Assembly: GCA_964016885.1 (NCBI GenBank)
Contig: OZ024740.1
Coordinates: 138,322,001 to 138,386,000, forward strand
Length of the DNA stretch: 64,000 bases
From: Eledone cirrhosa
Lineage: Eukaryota
Direction of reading: 5' to 3'
Below the pieces are notes generated by a model. The model ran no database searches. It was not told the origin of the DNA and saw nothing but the letters and a program-made list of their open reading frames with translations. Each line of letters starts with the position of its first letter. The first letter of the stretch is position 1. This document shows positions 12,701-25,600 of the stretch, piece after piece. The translations under genes and the position numbers were made by a program.

Positions 12701-15020
12701 CTCTTATCACTTTTCTCTCAATCTCCAATTCTCTCTTTCTCTTATCACTTTTCTCTCAATCTCCAATTCTCTCTTTCTAATATCAGTTTTCTCTCAATCT
12801 CCAATTCTCCCTTTCTCTTATCACTTTTCTCTCAATCTCCAATTCTCTCTTTCTCTTAACACTTTTCTCCCAATCTCCAATTCTCTCTGTTTCTTATCAC
12901 TTTTCTCTCAATCTCCAATTCTCTCTTTCTCTTATCACTTTTCTCTCAATCTCCAATTCTCTCTTTCTCTGATCACTTTTCTCTCAATCTCCAATTCTCT
13001 CTTTCTCTTATCACTTTTCTCTCAATCTCCAATTCTCTCTTTCTCTTATCACTTTTCTCTCAATCTCCAATTCTCTCTTTCTCTTATCACTTTTCTCTCA
13101 ATCTCCAATTCTCTCTTACTCTTATCACTTTTCTCTCAATCTCCAATTCTCTCTTTCTCTCATCACTGTTCTCTCAATCTCAAATTCTCTTTTTCTCTTA
13201 TCACTTTTCTCTCAATCTCCAATTCTCTCTTTCTCTTATCACTTTTCTCTCAATCTCAAATTCTCTTTTTCTCTTATCACTTTTCTCTCAATCTCCAATT
13301 CTCTCTTTCTCTTATCACTTTTCTCTCAATCTCCAATTCTCTCTTTCTCTTATCACTTTTCTCTCAATCTCCAATTCTCTCTTTCTCTTATCACTTTTCT
13401 CTCAATCTCCAATTCTCTCTTTCTCTGATCACTTTTCTCTCAATCTCCAATTCTCTCTTTCTCTTATCACTTTTCGCTCAATCTCCAATTCTCTCTTTCT
13501 CTTATCACTTTTCCCCCAATCTCCAATTCTCTCTTTCTCTTATCACTTTTCTCTCAATCTCCAATTCTCTCTTTCTCTTATCACTTTTCTCTCAATCTCC
13601 AATTCTCTCTTTCTCTCATCACTTTTCTCTCAATCTCCAATTCTCTCTTTCTCTTATCACTTTTCTCCCAATCTCCAATTCTCTCTGTTTCTTATCACTT
13701 TTCTCTCAATCTCCAATTCTCTCTTTCTCTTATCACTTTTCTCTCAATATCCAATTCTCTCTTTCTCTTATCACTTTTCTCTCAATCTCCAATTCTCTCT
13801 TTCTCTTATCACTTTTCTCTCAATCTCCAATTCTCCCTTTCTCTTATCACTTTTCTCTCACTCTCCAATTCTCTCTTTTTCTTATCACTTTTCTCTCAAT
13901 CTCTAATTCTATCTGTTTCTTATCACTTTTCTCTCAATCTCATATTCTCTCTTTCTCTTATCACTTTTCTCTCAATCTCCAATTCTCTCTTTCTCTTATC
14001 ACTTTTCTCTCAATCTCCAATTCTCTCTTTCTCCTATCACTTTTCTCTCAATCTCCAATTCTCCCTTTCTCTTATCACTTTTCTCTCAATCTCCAATTCT
14101 CTCTTTTTCTTATCACTTTTCTCACAATATCCAATTCTCTCTTTCTCTTATCACTTTTCTCTCAATCTCCAATTCTCTCTTTCTCTTAACACTTTTCTCC
14201 CAATCTCCAATTCTCTCTGTTTCTTATCACTTTTCTCTCAATCTCCAATTCTCTCTTTCTCTTATCACTTTTCTCTCAATCTCCAATTCTCTCTTTCTCT
14301 TATCACTTTTCTCTAAATCTCCAATTCTCTCTTTCTCTTATCACTTTTCTCTCAATCTCCAATTCTCTCTTTCTGTTATCACTTTTCTCTCAATCACCAA
14401 TTCTCTCTTTCTCTTATCACTTTTCTCTCAATCTCCAATTCTCTCTTACTCTTATCACTTTTCTCTCAATCTCCAATTCTCTCTTTCTCTCATCACTTTT
14501 CTCTCAATCTCCAATTCACTTTTTCTCTTATCACTTTTCTCTCAATCTCCAATTCTCTCTTTCTCTTATCACTTTTCTCTCAATCTCCAATTCTCTTTTT
14601 CTCTTATCACTTTTCTCTCAATCTCCAATTCTCTCTTTCTCTTATCACTTTTCTCTCAATCTCCAATTCTCTCTTTCTCTTATCACTTTTCTCTCAATCT
14701 CCAATTCTCTCTTTCTCTTATCACTTTTCTCTCAATCTCCAATTCTCTCTTTCTCTGATCACTTTTCTCTCAATCTCCAATTCTCTCTTTCTCTTATCAC
14801 TTTTCGCTCAATCTCCAATTCTCTCTTTCTCTTATCACTTTTCCCCCAATCTCCAATTCTCTCTTTCTCTTATCACTTTTCTCTCAATCTCCAATTCTCT
14901 CTTTCTCTTATCACTTTTCTCTCAATCTCCAATTCTCTCTTTCTCTTATCACTTTTCTCTCAATCTCCAATTCTCTCTTTCTCTTATCACTTTTCTCCCA
15001 ATCTCCAATTCTCTCTGTTT
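9790..15020. repeat. Nested 2,622-bp (69-monomer) tandem duplication, made of 35-mer + 34-mer subunits
   Basis: Offset 2622 = 69x38 for TTACTC 9850/12472, CTAATATCAG 10164/12786, CTGTTATC 11751/14373 and CGCTCAAT 12184/14806. The CGCTCAAT+CCCCCAAT doublet falls at 10854, 12184, 13476 and 14806 (spacings 1330, 1292, 1330). Confidence 0.9.
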
Positions 15021-17464
15021 CTTATCACATTTCTCTCAATCTCCAATTCTCTCTTTCTCTTGTCACTTTTCTCTCAATATCCAATTCTCTCTTTCTCTTA
15101 TCACTTTTCTCTCAATCTCCAATTCTCTCTTTCTCTTATCACTTTTCTCTCAATCTCCAATACTCTCTTTCTCTTATCACTTTTCTCTCAATCTCCAATT
15201 CACTCTTTCTCTTATCACTTTTCTCTCAATCTCCAATTCTCTCTTTCTCTTATCACTTTTCTCTCAATCTCCAATTCTCTCTTTCTCTTATCACTTTTCT
15301 CTCAATCTCCAATTCTCTCTTTCTCTTATCACTTTTCTCTCAATCTCCAATTCTCTCTTTCTCTTATCACTTTTCTCTCAAACTCCAATTCTCCCTTTCT
15401 CTTATCACTTTTCTCTCACTCTCCAATTCTCTCTTTTTATTATCACTTTTCTCTCAATCTCTAATTCTCTCTGTTTCTTATCACTTTTCTCTCAATCTCA
15501 TATTCTCTCTTTCTCTTATTACTTTTCTCTCAATCTCCAATTCTCTCTTTCTCATATCACTTTTCTCTCAATCTCCAATTTTCTCTTTCTCTTATCACAT
15601 TTCTCTCAATATCCACTTCTCTCTTTCTCTTATCACTTTTCTCTCAACCTCCGATTCTCTCTTTCTCTTATGACTTTTCTCTCAATCACCAATTCTCTCT
15701 GTCTCTTATCACTTTTCTCTCAATCACCAATTCTCTCTGTCTCATATCACTTTTCTCTCAATCTCCAAATCTCTCTTTCTCTTATCACTTTTCTCTCAAT
15801 CTCCAATTCTCTCTTTCTCTTATCACTTTTCCTCAATCTCCAATTCTCTCTTTCTCTTATCACTTTTCTCTCAATCTCCAATTCTCTTTTTCTCTTATGA
15901 CTTTTCTCTCAATCACCAATTCTCTCTGTCTATTATCACTTTTCTCTCAATCTCCAATTCTCTCTTTCTCTTATGACTTTTCTCTCAATCTCCAATTCTC
16001 TCTTTCTCTTATCACTTTTCTCTCAATCTCCAATTCTCTCTTTCTCTTATCACTTTTCTCTCAATCTCCAATTCTCTCTTTCTCTTATCACTTTTCTCTC
16101 AATCTCCAATTCTCTCTTTCTCTTATCACTTTTCTCTCAATCTCCAATTCTCTCTTTCTCTTATCACTTTTCTCTCAATCTCCAATTCTCTCTTTCTCTT
16201 ATCACTTTTCTCTCAATCTCCAATTCTCTCTTTCTCTGATCACTTTTCTCTCAATCTCCAATTCTCTCTTTCTCTTATCACTTTTCTCTCAATCTCCAAT
16301 TCTCTCTTTCTCTTATCACTTTTCTCTCAATCTCCAATTCTCTCTTTCTCTTATCACTTTTCTCTCAATCTCCAATTCTCTCTTTCTCTTATGACTTTTC
16401 TCTCAACCTCCCATTCTCTCTTTCTCTTATGACTTTTCTCTCAATCACCAATTCTCTCTGTCTCTTATCACTTTTCTCTCAATCACCAATTCTCTCTGTC
16501 TCTTATCACTTTTCTCTCAATCTCCAAATCTCTCTTTCTCTTATCACTTTTCTCTCAATCTCCAATTCTCTCTTACTCTTATCACTTTTCTCTCAATCTC
16601 CAATTCTCTCTTTCTCTCTTCACTTTTCTCTCAATCTCCAATTCTCTCTTTCTCTTATCACTTTTCTCTCAATCTCCAATTCTCTATTTCTCTTATCACT
16701 TTTCTCTCAATCTCCAATTCTCTCTTTCTCTTATCACTTTTCTCTCAATCTCCAATTCTCTCTTTCTCTTATCACTTTTCTCTCAATCTCCAATTCTCTC
16801 TTTCTCTTGTCACTTTTCTCTCAATCTCCAATTCTCTCTTTCTCTTATCACTTTTCTCTCAATCTCCAATTCTCTCTTTCTCTTATCACTTTTCTCTCAA
16901 TCTCCAATTCTCTCTTTCTCTTATCACTTTTCTCTCAATCTCCAATTCTCTCTTTCTCTTATCACTTTTCTCTCAATCTCCAATTCTCCCTTTCTCTTAT
17001 CACTTTTCTCTCACTCTCCAATTCTCTCTTTTTCTTATCACTTTTCTCTCAATCTCTAATTCTATCTGTTTCTTATCACTTTTCTCTCAATCTCATATTC
17101 TCTCTTTCTCTTATTACTTTTCTCTCAATCTCCAATTCTCTCTTTCTCATATCACTTTTCTCTCAATCTCCAATTTTCTCTTTCTCTTATCACATTTCTC
17201 TCAATCTCCACTTCTCTCTTTCTCTTATCACTTTTCTCTCAACCTCCCATTCTCTCTTTCTCTTATGACTTTTCTCTCAATCACCAATTCTCTCTGTCTC
17301 ATATCACTTTTCTCTCAATCTCCAAATCTCTCTTTCTCTTATCACTTTTCTCTCAATCTCCAATTCTCTCTTTCTCTTATCACTTTTCCCTCAATCTCCA
17401 ATTCTCTCTTTCTCTTATCACTTTTCTCTCAATCACCAATTCTCTCTGTCTCTTATCACTTTTC

Positions 17465-20400
17465 TCTCAATCTCCAATTCTCTCTTTCTCTTATCACTTT
17501 TCTCTCAATCTCCAATTCTCTCTTACTCTTATCACTTTTCTCTCAATCTCCAATTCTCTCTTTCTCTCATCACTTTTCTCTCAATCTCCAATTCTCTCTT
17601 TCTCTTATCACTTTTCTCTCAATCTCCAATTCTCTCTTTCTCTGATCACTTTTCTCTCAATCTCCAATTCTCTCTTTCTCTTATCACTTTTCTCTCAATC
17701 TCCAATTCTCTCTTTCTCTTATCACTTTTCTCTCAATCTCCAATTCTCTCTTTCTCTTATCACTTTTCTCTCAATCTCCAATTCTCTCTTTCTCTTATCA
17801 CTTTTCTCTCAATCTCCAATTCTCTCTTTCTAATATCAGTTTTCTCTCAATCTCCAATTCTCCCTTTCTCTTATCACTTTTCTCTCAATCTCCAATTCTC
17901 TCTTTCTCTTAACACTTTTCTCCCAATCTCCAATTCTCTCTGTTTCTTATCACTTTTCTCTCAATCTCCAATTCTCTCTTTCTCTTATCACTTTTCTCTC
18001 AATCTCCAATTCTCTCTTTCTCTGATCACTTTTCTCTCAATCTCCAATTCTCTCTTTCTCTTATCACTTTTCTCTCAATCTCCAATTCTCTCTTTCTCTT
18101 ATCACTTTTCTCTCAATCTCCAATTCTCTCTTTCTCTTATCACTTTTCTCTCAATCTCCAATTCTCTCTTACTCTTATCACTTTTCTCTCAATCTCCAAT
18201 TCTCTCTTTCTCTCATCACTTTTCTCTCAATCTCAAATTCTCTTTTTCTCTTATCACTTTTCTCTCAATCTCCAATTCTCTCTTTCTCTTATCACTTTTC
18301 TCTCAATCTCCAATTCTCTTTTTCTCTTATCACTTTTCTCTCAATCTCCAATTCTCTCTTTCTCTTATCACTTTTCTCTCAATCTCCAATTCTCTCTTTC
18401 TCTTATCACTTTTCTCTCAATCTCCAATTCTCTCTTTCTCTTATCACTTTTCTCTCAATCTCCAATTCTCTCTTTCTCTGATCACTTTTCTCTCAATCTC
18501 CAATTCTCTCTTTCTCTTATCACTTTTCGCTCAATCTCCAATTCTCTCTTTCTCTTATCACTTTTCCCCCAATCTCCAATTCTCTCTTTCTCTTATCACT
18601 TTTCTCTCAATCTCCAATTCTCTCTTTCTCTTATCACTTTTCTCTCAATCTCCAATTCTCTCTTTCTCTCATCACTTTTCTCTCAATCTCCAATTCTCTC
18701 TTTCTCTTATCACTTTTCTCCCAATCTCCAATTCTCTCTGTTTCTTATCACTTTTCTCTCAATCTCCAATTCTCTCTTTCTCTTATCACTTTTCTCTCAA
18801 TATCCAATTCTCTCTTTCTCTTATCACTTTTCTCTCAATCTCCAATTCTCTCTTTCTCTTATCACTTTTCTCTCAATCTCCAATTCTCCCTTTCTCTTAT
18901 CACTTTTCTCTCACTCTCCAATTCTCTCTTTTTCTTATCACTTTTCTCTCAATCTCTAATTCTATCTGTTTCTTATCACCTTTCTCTCAATCTCATATTC
19001 TCTCTTTCTCTTATCACTTTTCTCTCAATCTCCAATTCTCTCTTTCTCTTATCACTTTTCTCTCAATCTCCAATTCTCTCTTTCTCCTATCACTTTTCTC
19101 TCAATCTCCAATTCTCCCTTTCTCTTATCACTTTTCTCTCAATCTCCAATTCTCTCTTTTTCTTATCACTTTTCTCTCAATATCCAATTCTCTCTTTCTC
19201 TTATCACTTTTCTCTCAATCTCCAATTCTCTCTTTCTCTTAACACTTTTCTCCCAATCTCCAATTCTCTCTGTTTCTTATCACTTTTCTCTCAATCTCCA
19301 ATTCTCTCTTTCTCTTATCACTTTTCTCTCAATCTCCAATTCTCTCTTTCTCTTATCACTTTTCTCTCAATCTCCAATTCTCTCTTTCTCTTATCACTTT
19401 TCTCTCAATCTCCAATTCTCTCTTTCTGTTATCACTTTTCTCTCAATCACCAATTCTCTCTTTCTCTTATCACTTTTCTCTCAATCTCCAATTCTCTCTT
19501 ACTCTTATCACTTTTCTCTCAATCTCCAATTCTCTCTTTCTCTCATCACTTTTCTCTCAATCTCCAATTCACTTTTTCTCTTATCACTTTTCTCTCAATC
19601 TCCAATTCTCTCTTTCTCTTATCACTTTTCTCTCAATCTCCAATTCTCTTTTTCTCTTATCACTTTTCTCTCAATCTCCAATTCTCTCTTTCTCTTATCA
19701 CTTTTCTCTCAATCTCCAATTCTCTCTTTCTCTTATCACTTTTCTCTCAATCTCCAATTCTCTCTTTCTCTTATCACTTTTCTCTCAATCTCCAATTCTC
19801 TCTTTCTCTGATCACTTTTCTCTCAATTTCCAATTCTCTCTTTCTCTTATCACTTTTCGCTCAATCTCCAATTCTCTCTTTCTCTTATCACTTTTCCCCC
19901 AATCTCCAATTCTCTCTTTCTCTTATCACTTTTCTCTCAATCTCCAATTCTCTCTTTCTCTTATCACTTTTCTCTCAATCTCCAATTCTCTCTTTCTCTT
20001 ATCACTTTTCTCTCAATCTCCAATTCTCTCTTTCTCTTATCACTTTTCTCCCAATCTCCAATTCTCTCTGTTTCTTATCACTTTTCTCTCAATCTCCAAT
20101 TCTCTCTTTCTCTTATCACTTTTCTCTCAATCTCCAATTCTCTCTTACTCTTATCACTTTTCTCTCAATCTCCAATTCTCTCTTTCTCTCATCACTTTTC
20201 TCTCAATCTCCAATTCTCTCTTTCTCTTATCACTTTTCTCTCAATCTCCAATTCTCTCTTTCTCTGATCACTTTTCTCTCAATCTCCAATTCTCTCTTTC
20301 TCTTATCACTTTTCTCTCAATCTCCAATTCTCTCTTTCTCTTATCACTTTTCTCTCAATCTCCAATTCTCTCTATCTCTTATCACTTTTCTCTCAATCTC

Positions 20401-22695
20401 CAATTCTCTCTTTCTCTTATCACTTTTCTCTCAATCTCCAATTCTCTCTTTCTAATATCAGTTTTCTCTCAATCTCCAATTCTCCCTTTCTCTTATCACT
20501 TTTCTCTCAATCTCCAATTCTCTCTTTCTCTTAACACTTTTCTCCCAATCTCCAATTCTCTCTGTTTCTTATCACTTTTCTCTCAATCTCCAATTCTCTC
20601 TTTCTCTTATCACTTTTCTCTCAATCTCCAATTCTCTCTTTCTCTGATCACTTTTCTCTCAATCTCCAATTCTCTCTTTCTCTTATCACTTTTCTCTCAA
20701 TCTCCAATTCTCTCTTTCTCTTATCACTTTTCTCTCAATCTCCAATTCTCTCTTTCTCTTATCACTTTTCTCTCAATCTCCAATTCTCTCTTACTCTTAT
20801 CACTTTTCTCTCAATCTCCAATTCTCTCTTTCTCTCATCACTGTTCTCTCAATCTCAAATTCTCTTTTTCTCTTATCACTTTTCTCTCAATCTCCAATTC
20901 TCTCTTTCTCTTATCACTTTTCTCTCAATCTCAAATTCTCTTTTTCTCTTATCACTTTTCTCTCAATCTCCAATTCTCTCTTTCTCTTATCACTTTTCTC
21001 TCAATCTCCAATTCTCTCTTTCTCTTATCACTTTTCTCTCAATCTCCAATTCTCTCTTTCTCTTATCACTTTTCTCTCAATCTCCAATTCTCTCTTTCTC
21101 TGATCACTTTTCCCTCAATCTCCAATTCTCTCTTTCTCTTATCACTTTTCGCTCAATCTCCAATTCTCTCTTTCTCTTATCACTTTTCCCCCAATCTCCA
21201 ATTCTCTCTTTCTCTTATCACTTTTCTCTCAATCTCCAATTCTCTCTTTCTCTTATCACTTTTCTCTCAATCTCCAATTCTCTCTTTCTCTCATCACTTT
21301 TCTCTCAATCTCCAATTCTCTCTTTCTCTTATCACTTTTCTCCCAATCTCCAATTCTCTCTGTTTCTTATCACTTTTCTCTCAATCTCCAATTCTCTCTT
21401 TCTCTTATCACTTTTCTCTCAATATCCAATTCTCTCTTTCTCTTATCACTTTTCTCTCAATCTCCAATTCTCTCTTTCTCTTATCACTTTTCTCTCAATC
21501 TCCAATTCTCCCTTTCTCTTATCACTTTTCTCTCACTCTCCAATTCTCTCTTTTTCTTATCACTTTTCTCTCAATCTCTAATTCTATCTGTTTCTTATCA
21601 CTTTTCTCTCAATCTCATATTCTCTCTTTCTCTTATCACTTTTCTCTCAATCTCCAATTCTCTCTTTCTCTTATCACTTTTCTCTCAATCTCCAATTCTC
21701 TCTTTCTCCTATCACTTTTCTCTCAATCTCCAATTCTCCCTTTCTCTTATCACTTTTCTCTCAATCTCCAATTCTCTCTTTTTCTTATCACTTTTCTCAC
21801 AATATCCAATTCTCTCTTTCTCTTATCACTTTTCTCTCAATCTCCAATTCTCTCTTTCTCTTAACACTTTTCTCCCAATCTCCAATTCTCTCTGTTTCTT
21901 ATCACTTTTCTCTCAATCTCCAATTCTCTCTTTCTCTTATCACTTTTCTCTCAATCTCCAATTCTCTTTTTCTCTTATCACTTTTCTCTAAATCTCCAAT
22001 TCTCTCTTTCTCTTATCACTTTTCTCTCAATCTCCAATTCTCTCTTTCTGTTATCACTTTTCTCTCAATCACCAATTCTCTCTTTCTCTTATCACTTTTC
22101 TCTCAATCTCCAATTCTCTCTTACTCTTATCACTTTTCTCTCAATCTCCAATTCTCTCTTTCTCTCATCACTTTTCTCTCAATCTCCAATTCACTTTTTC
22201 TCTTATCACTTTTCTCTCAATCTCCAATTCTCTCTTTCTCTTATCACTTTTCTCTCAATCTCCAATTCTCTTTTTCTCTTATCACTTTTCTCTCAATCTC
22301 CAATTCTCTCTTTCTCTTATCACTTTTCTCTCAATCTCCAATTCTCTCTTTCTCTTATCACTTTTCTCTCAATCTCCAATTCTCTCTTTCTCTTATCACT
22401 TTTCTCTCAATCTCCAATTCTCTCTTTCTCTGATCACTTTTCTCTCAATCTCCAATTCTCTCTTTCTCTTATCACTTTTCGCTCAATCTCCAATTCTCTC
22501 TTTCTCTTATCACTTTTCCCCCAATCTCCAATTCTCTCTTTCTCTTATCACTTTTCTCTCAATCTCCAATTCTCTCTTTCTCTTATCACTTTTCTCTCAA
22601 TCTCCAATTCTCTCTTTCTCTTATCACTTTTCTCTCAATCTCCAATTCTCTCTTTCTCTTATCACTTTTCTCCCAATCTCCAATTCTCTCTGTTT
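17465..22695. repeat. Second copy of the nested 2 x 2,622-bp block
   Basis: Same landmarks shifted by 7675: CTAATATCAG near 17839 and 20461; CGCTCAAT near 18529, 19859, 21151 and 22481. Confidence 0.88.
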
Positions 22696-25600
22696 CTTAT
22701 CACATTTCTCTCAATCTCCAATTCTCTCTTTCTCTTGTCACTTTTCTCTCAATATCCAATTCTCTCTTTCTCTTATCACTTTTCTCTCAATCTCCAATTC
22801 TCTCTTTCTCTTATCACTTTTCTCTCAATCTCCAATTCTCTCTTTCTCTTATCACTTTTCTCTCAATCTCCAATTCACTCTTTCTCTTATCACTTTTCTC
22901 TCAATCTCCAATTCTCTCTTTCTCTTATCACTTTTCTCTCAATCTCCAATTCTCTCTTTCTCTTATCACTTTTCTCTCAATCTCCAATTCTCTCTTTCTC
23001 TTATCACTTTTCTCTCAATCTCCAATTCTCTCTTTCTCTTATCACTTTTCTCTCAATCTCCAATTCTCCCTTTCTCTTATCACTTTTCTCTCACTCTCCA
23101 ATTCTCTCTTTTTATTATCACTTTTCTCTCAATCTCTAATTCTCTCTGTTTCTTATCACTTTTCTCTCAATCTCATATTCTCTCTTTCTCTTATTACTTT
23201 TCTCTCAATCTCCAATTCTCTCTTTCTCATATCACTTTTCTCTCAATCTCCAATTTTCTCTTTCTCTTATCACATTTCTCTCAATATCCACTTCTCTCTT
23301 TCTCTTATCACTTTTCTCTCAACCTCCGATTCTCTCTTTCTCTTATGACTTTTCTCTCAATCACCAATTCTCTCTGTCTCTTATCACTTTTCTCTCAATC
23401 ACCAATTCTCTCTGTCTCATATCACTTTTCTCTCAATCTCCAAATCTCTCTTTCTCTTATCACTTTTCTCTCAATCTCCAATTCTCTCTTTCTCTTATCA
23501 CTTTTCTCTCAATCTCATATTCTCTCTTTCTCTTATTACTTTTCTCTCAATCTCCAATTCTCTTTTTCTCTTATGACTTTTCTCTCAATCACCAATTCTC
23601 TCTGTCTATTATCACTTTTCTCTCAATCTCCAATTCTCTCTTTCTCTTATGACTTTTCTCTCAATCTCCAATTCTCTCTTTCTCTTATCACTTTTCTCTC
23701 AATCTCCAATTCTCTCTTTCTCTTATCACTTTTCTCTCAATCTCCAATTCTCTCTTTCTCTTATCACTTTTCTCTCAATTTCCAATTCTCTCTTTCTCTT
23801 ATCACTTTTCTCTCAATCTCCAATTCTCTCTTTCTCTTATCACTTTTCTCTCAATCTCCAATTCTCTCTTTCTCTTATCACTTTTCTCTCAATCTCCAAT
23901 TCTCTCTTTCTCTGATCACTTTTCTCTCAATCTCCAATTCTCTCTTTCTCTTATCACTTTTCTCTCAATCTCCAATTCTCTCTTTCTCTTATCACTTTTC
24001 TCTCAATCTCCAATTCTCTCTTTCTCTTATCACTTTTCTCTCAATCTCCAATTCTCTCTTTCTCTTATCACTTTTCTCTCAATCTCCAATTCTCTCTTTC
24101 TCTGATCACTTTTCTCTCAATCTCCAATTCTCTCTTTCTCTTATCACTTTTCTCTCAATCTCCAATTCTCTCTTTCTCTTATCACTTTTCACTCAATCTC
24201 CAATTCTCTCTTTCTCTTATCACTTTTCTCTCAATCTCCAATTCTCTCTTTCTCTTATCACTTTTCTCTCAATCTCCAATTCTCTCTTTCTCTTATCACT
24301 TTTCTCTCAATCTCCAATTCTCTCTTTCTCCTATCACTTTTCTCTCAATCTCCAATTCTCCCTTTCTCTTATCACTTTTCTCTCAATCTCCAATTCTCTC
24401 TTTTTCTTATCACTTTTCTCTCAATCTCTAATTATCTCTGTTTCTTATCACTTTTCTCTCAATCTCCAATTCTCTCTTTCTCTTATCACTTTTCACTCAA
24501 TATCCAATTCTCTCTTTCTCTTATCACTTTTCTCTCAATCTCCAATTCTCTCTTTCTCTTATCACTTTTCTCCCAATCTCCAATTCTCTCTTTCTCTTAT
24601 CACTTTTCACTCAATCTCCAATTCTCTTTTTCTCTTATCACTTTTCTCTCAATCTCCAATTCTCTCTTTCTCTTATCACTTTTCTCTCAATCTCCAATTC
24701 TCTCTTTCTCTTATCACTTTTCTCTCAATCTCCAATTCTCTCTTTCTCTTATCACTTTTCTCTCAATCTCCAATTCTCTCTTTCTCTGATCACTTTTCTC
24801 TCAATCTCCAATTCTCTCTTTCTCTTATCACTTTTCGCTCAATCTCCAATTCTCTCTTTCTCTTATCACTTTTCCCCCAATCTCCAATTCTCTCTTTCTC
24901 TTATCACTTTTCTCTCAATCTCCAATTCTCTCTTTCTCTTATCACTTTTCTCTCAATCTCCAATTCTCTCTTTCTCTCATCACTTTTCTCTCAATCTCCA
25001 ATTCTCTCTTTCTCTTATCACTTTTCTCCCAATCTCCAATTCTCTCTGTTTCTTATCACTTTTCTCTCAATCTCCAATTCTCTCTTTCTCTTATCACTTT
25101 TCTCTCAATATCCAATTCTCTCTTTCTCTTATCACTTTTCTCTCAATCTCCAATTCTCTCTTTCTCTTATCACTTTTCTCTCACTCTCCAATTCTCTCTT
25201 TTTCTTATCACTTTTCTCTCAATCTCTAATTCTATCTGTTTCTTATCACTTTTCTCTCAATCTCATATTCTCTCTTTCTCTTATCACTTTTCTCTCAATC
25301 TCCAATTCTCTCTTTCTCTTATCACTTTTCTCTCAATCTCCAATTCTCTCTTTCTCCTATCACTTTTCTCTCAATCTCCAATTCTCCCTTTCTCTTATCA
25401 CTTTTCTCTCAATCTCCAATTCTCTCTTTTTCTTATCACTTTTCTCTCAATATCCAATTCTCTCTTTCTCTTATCACTTTTCTCTCAATCTCCAATTCTC
25501 TCTTTCTCTTAACACTTTTCTCCCAATCTCCAATTCTCTCTGTTTCTTATCACTTTTCTCTCAATCTCCAATTCTCTCTTTCTCTTATCACTTTTCTCTC

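Larger units (their letters stand above)
8718..24066. repeat. 7,675-bp (202 monomers minus 1 bp) near-identical tandem duplication, two copies with junction near 16392
   Basis: A constant offset of 7675 links 8754/16429, 9590/17265, 15060/22735 and 15670/23345. The offset is 7676 after the deletion site (15973/23649, 16239/23915). I saw only a handful of differences (e.g. near 15162, 15382, 21113, 21968, 23780). Confidence 0.92.
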
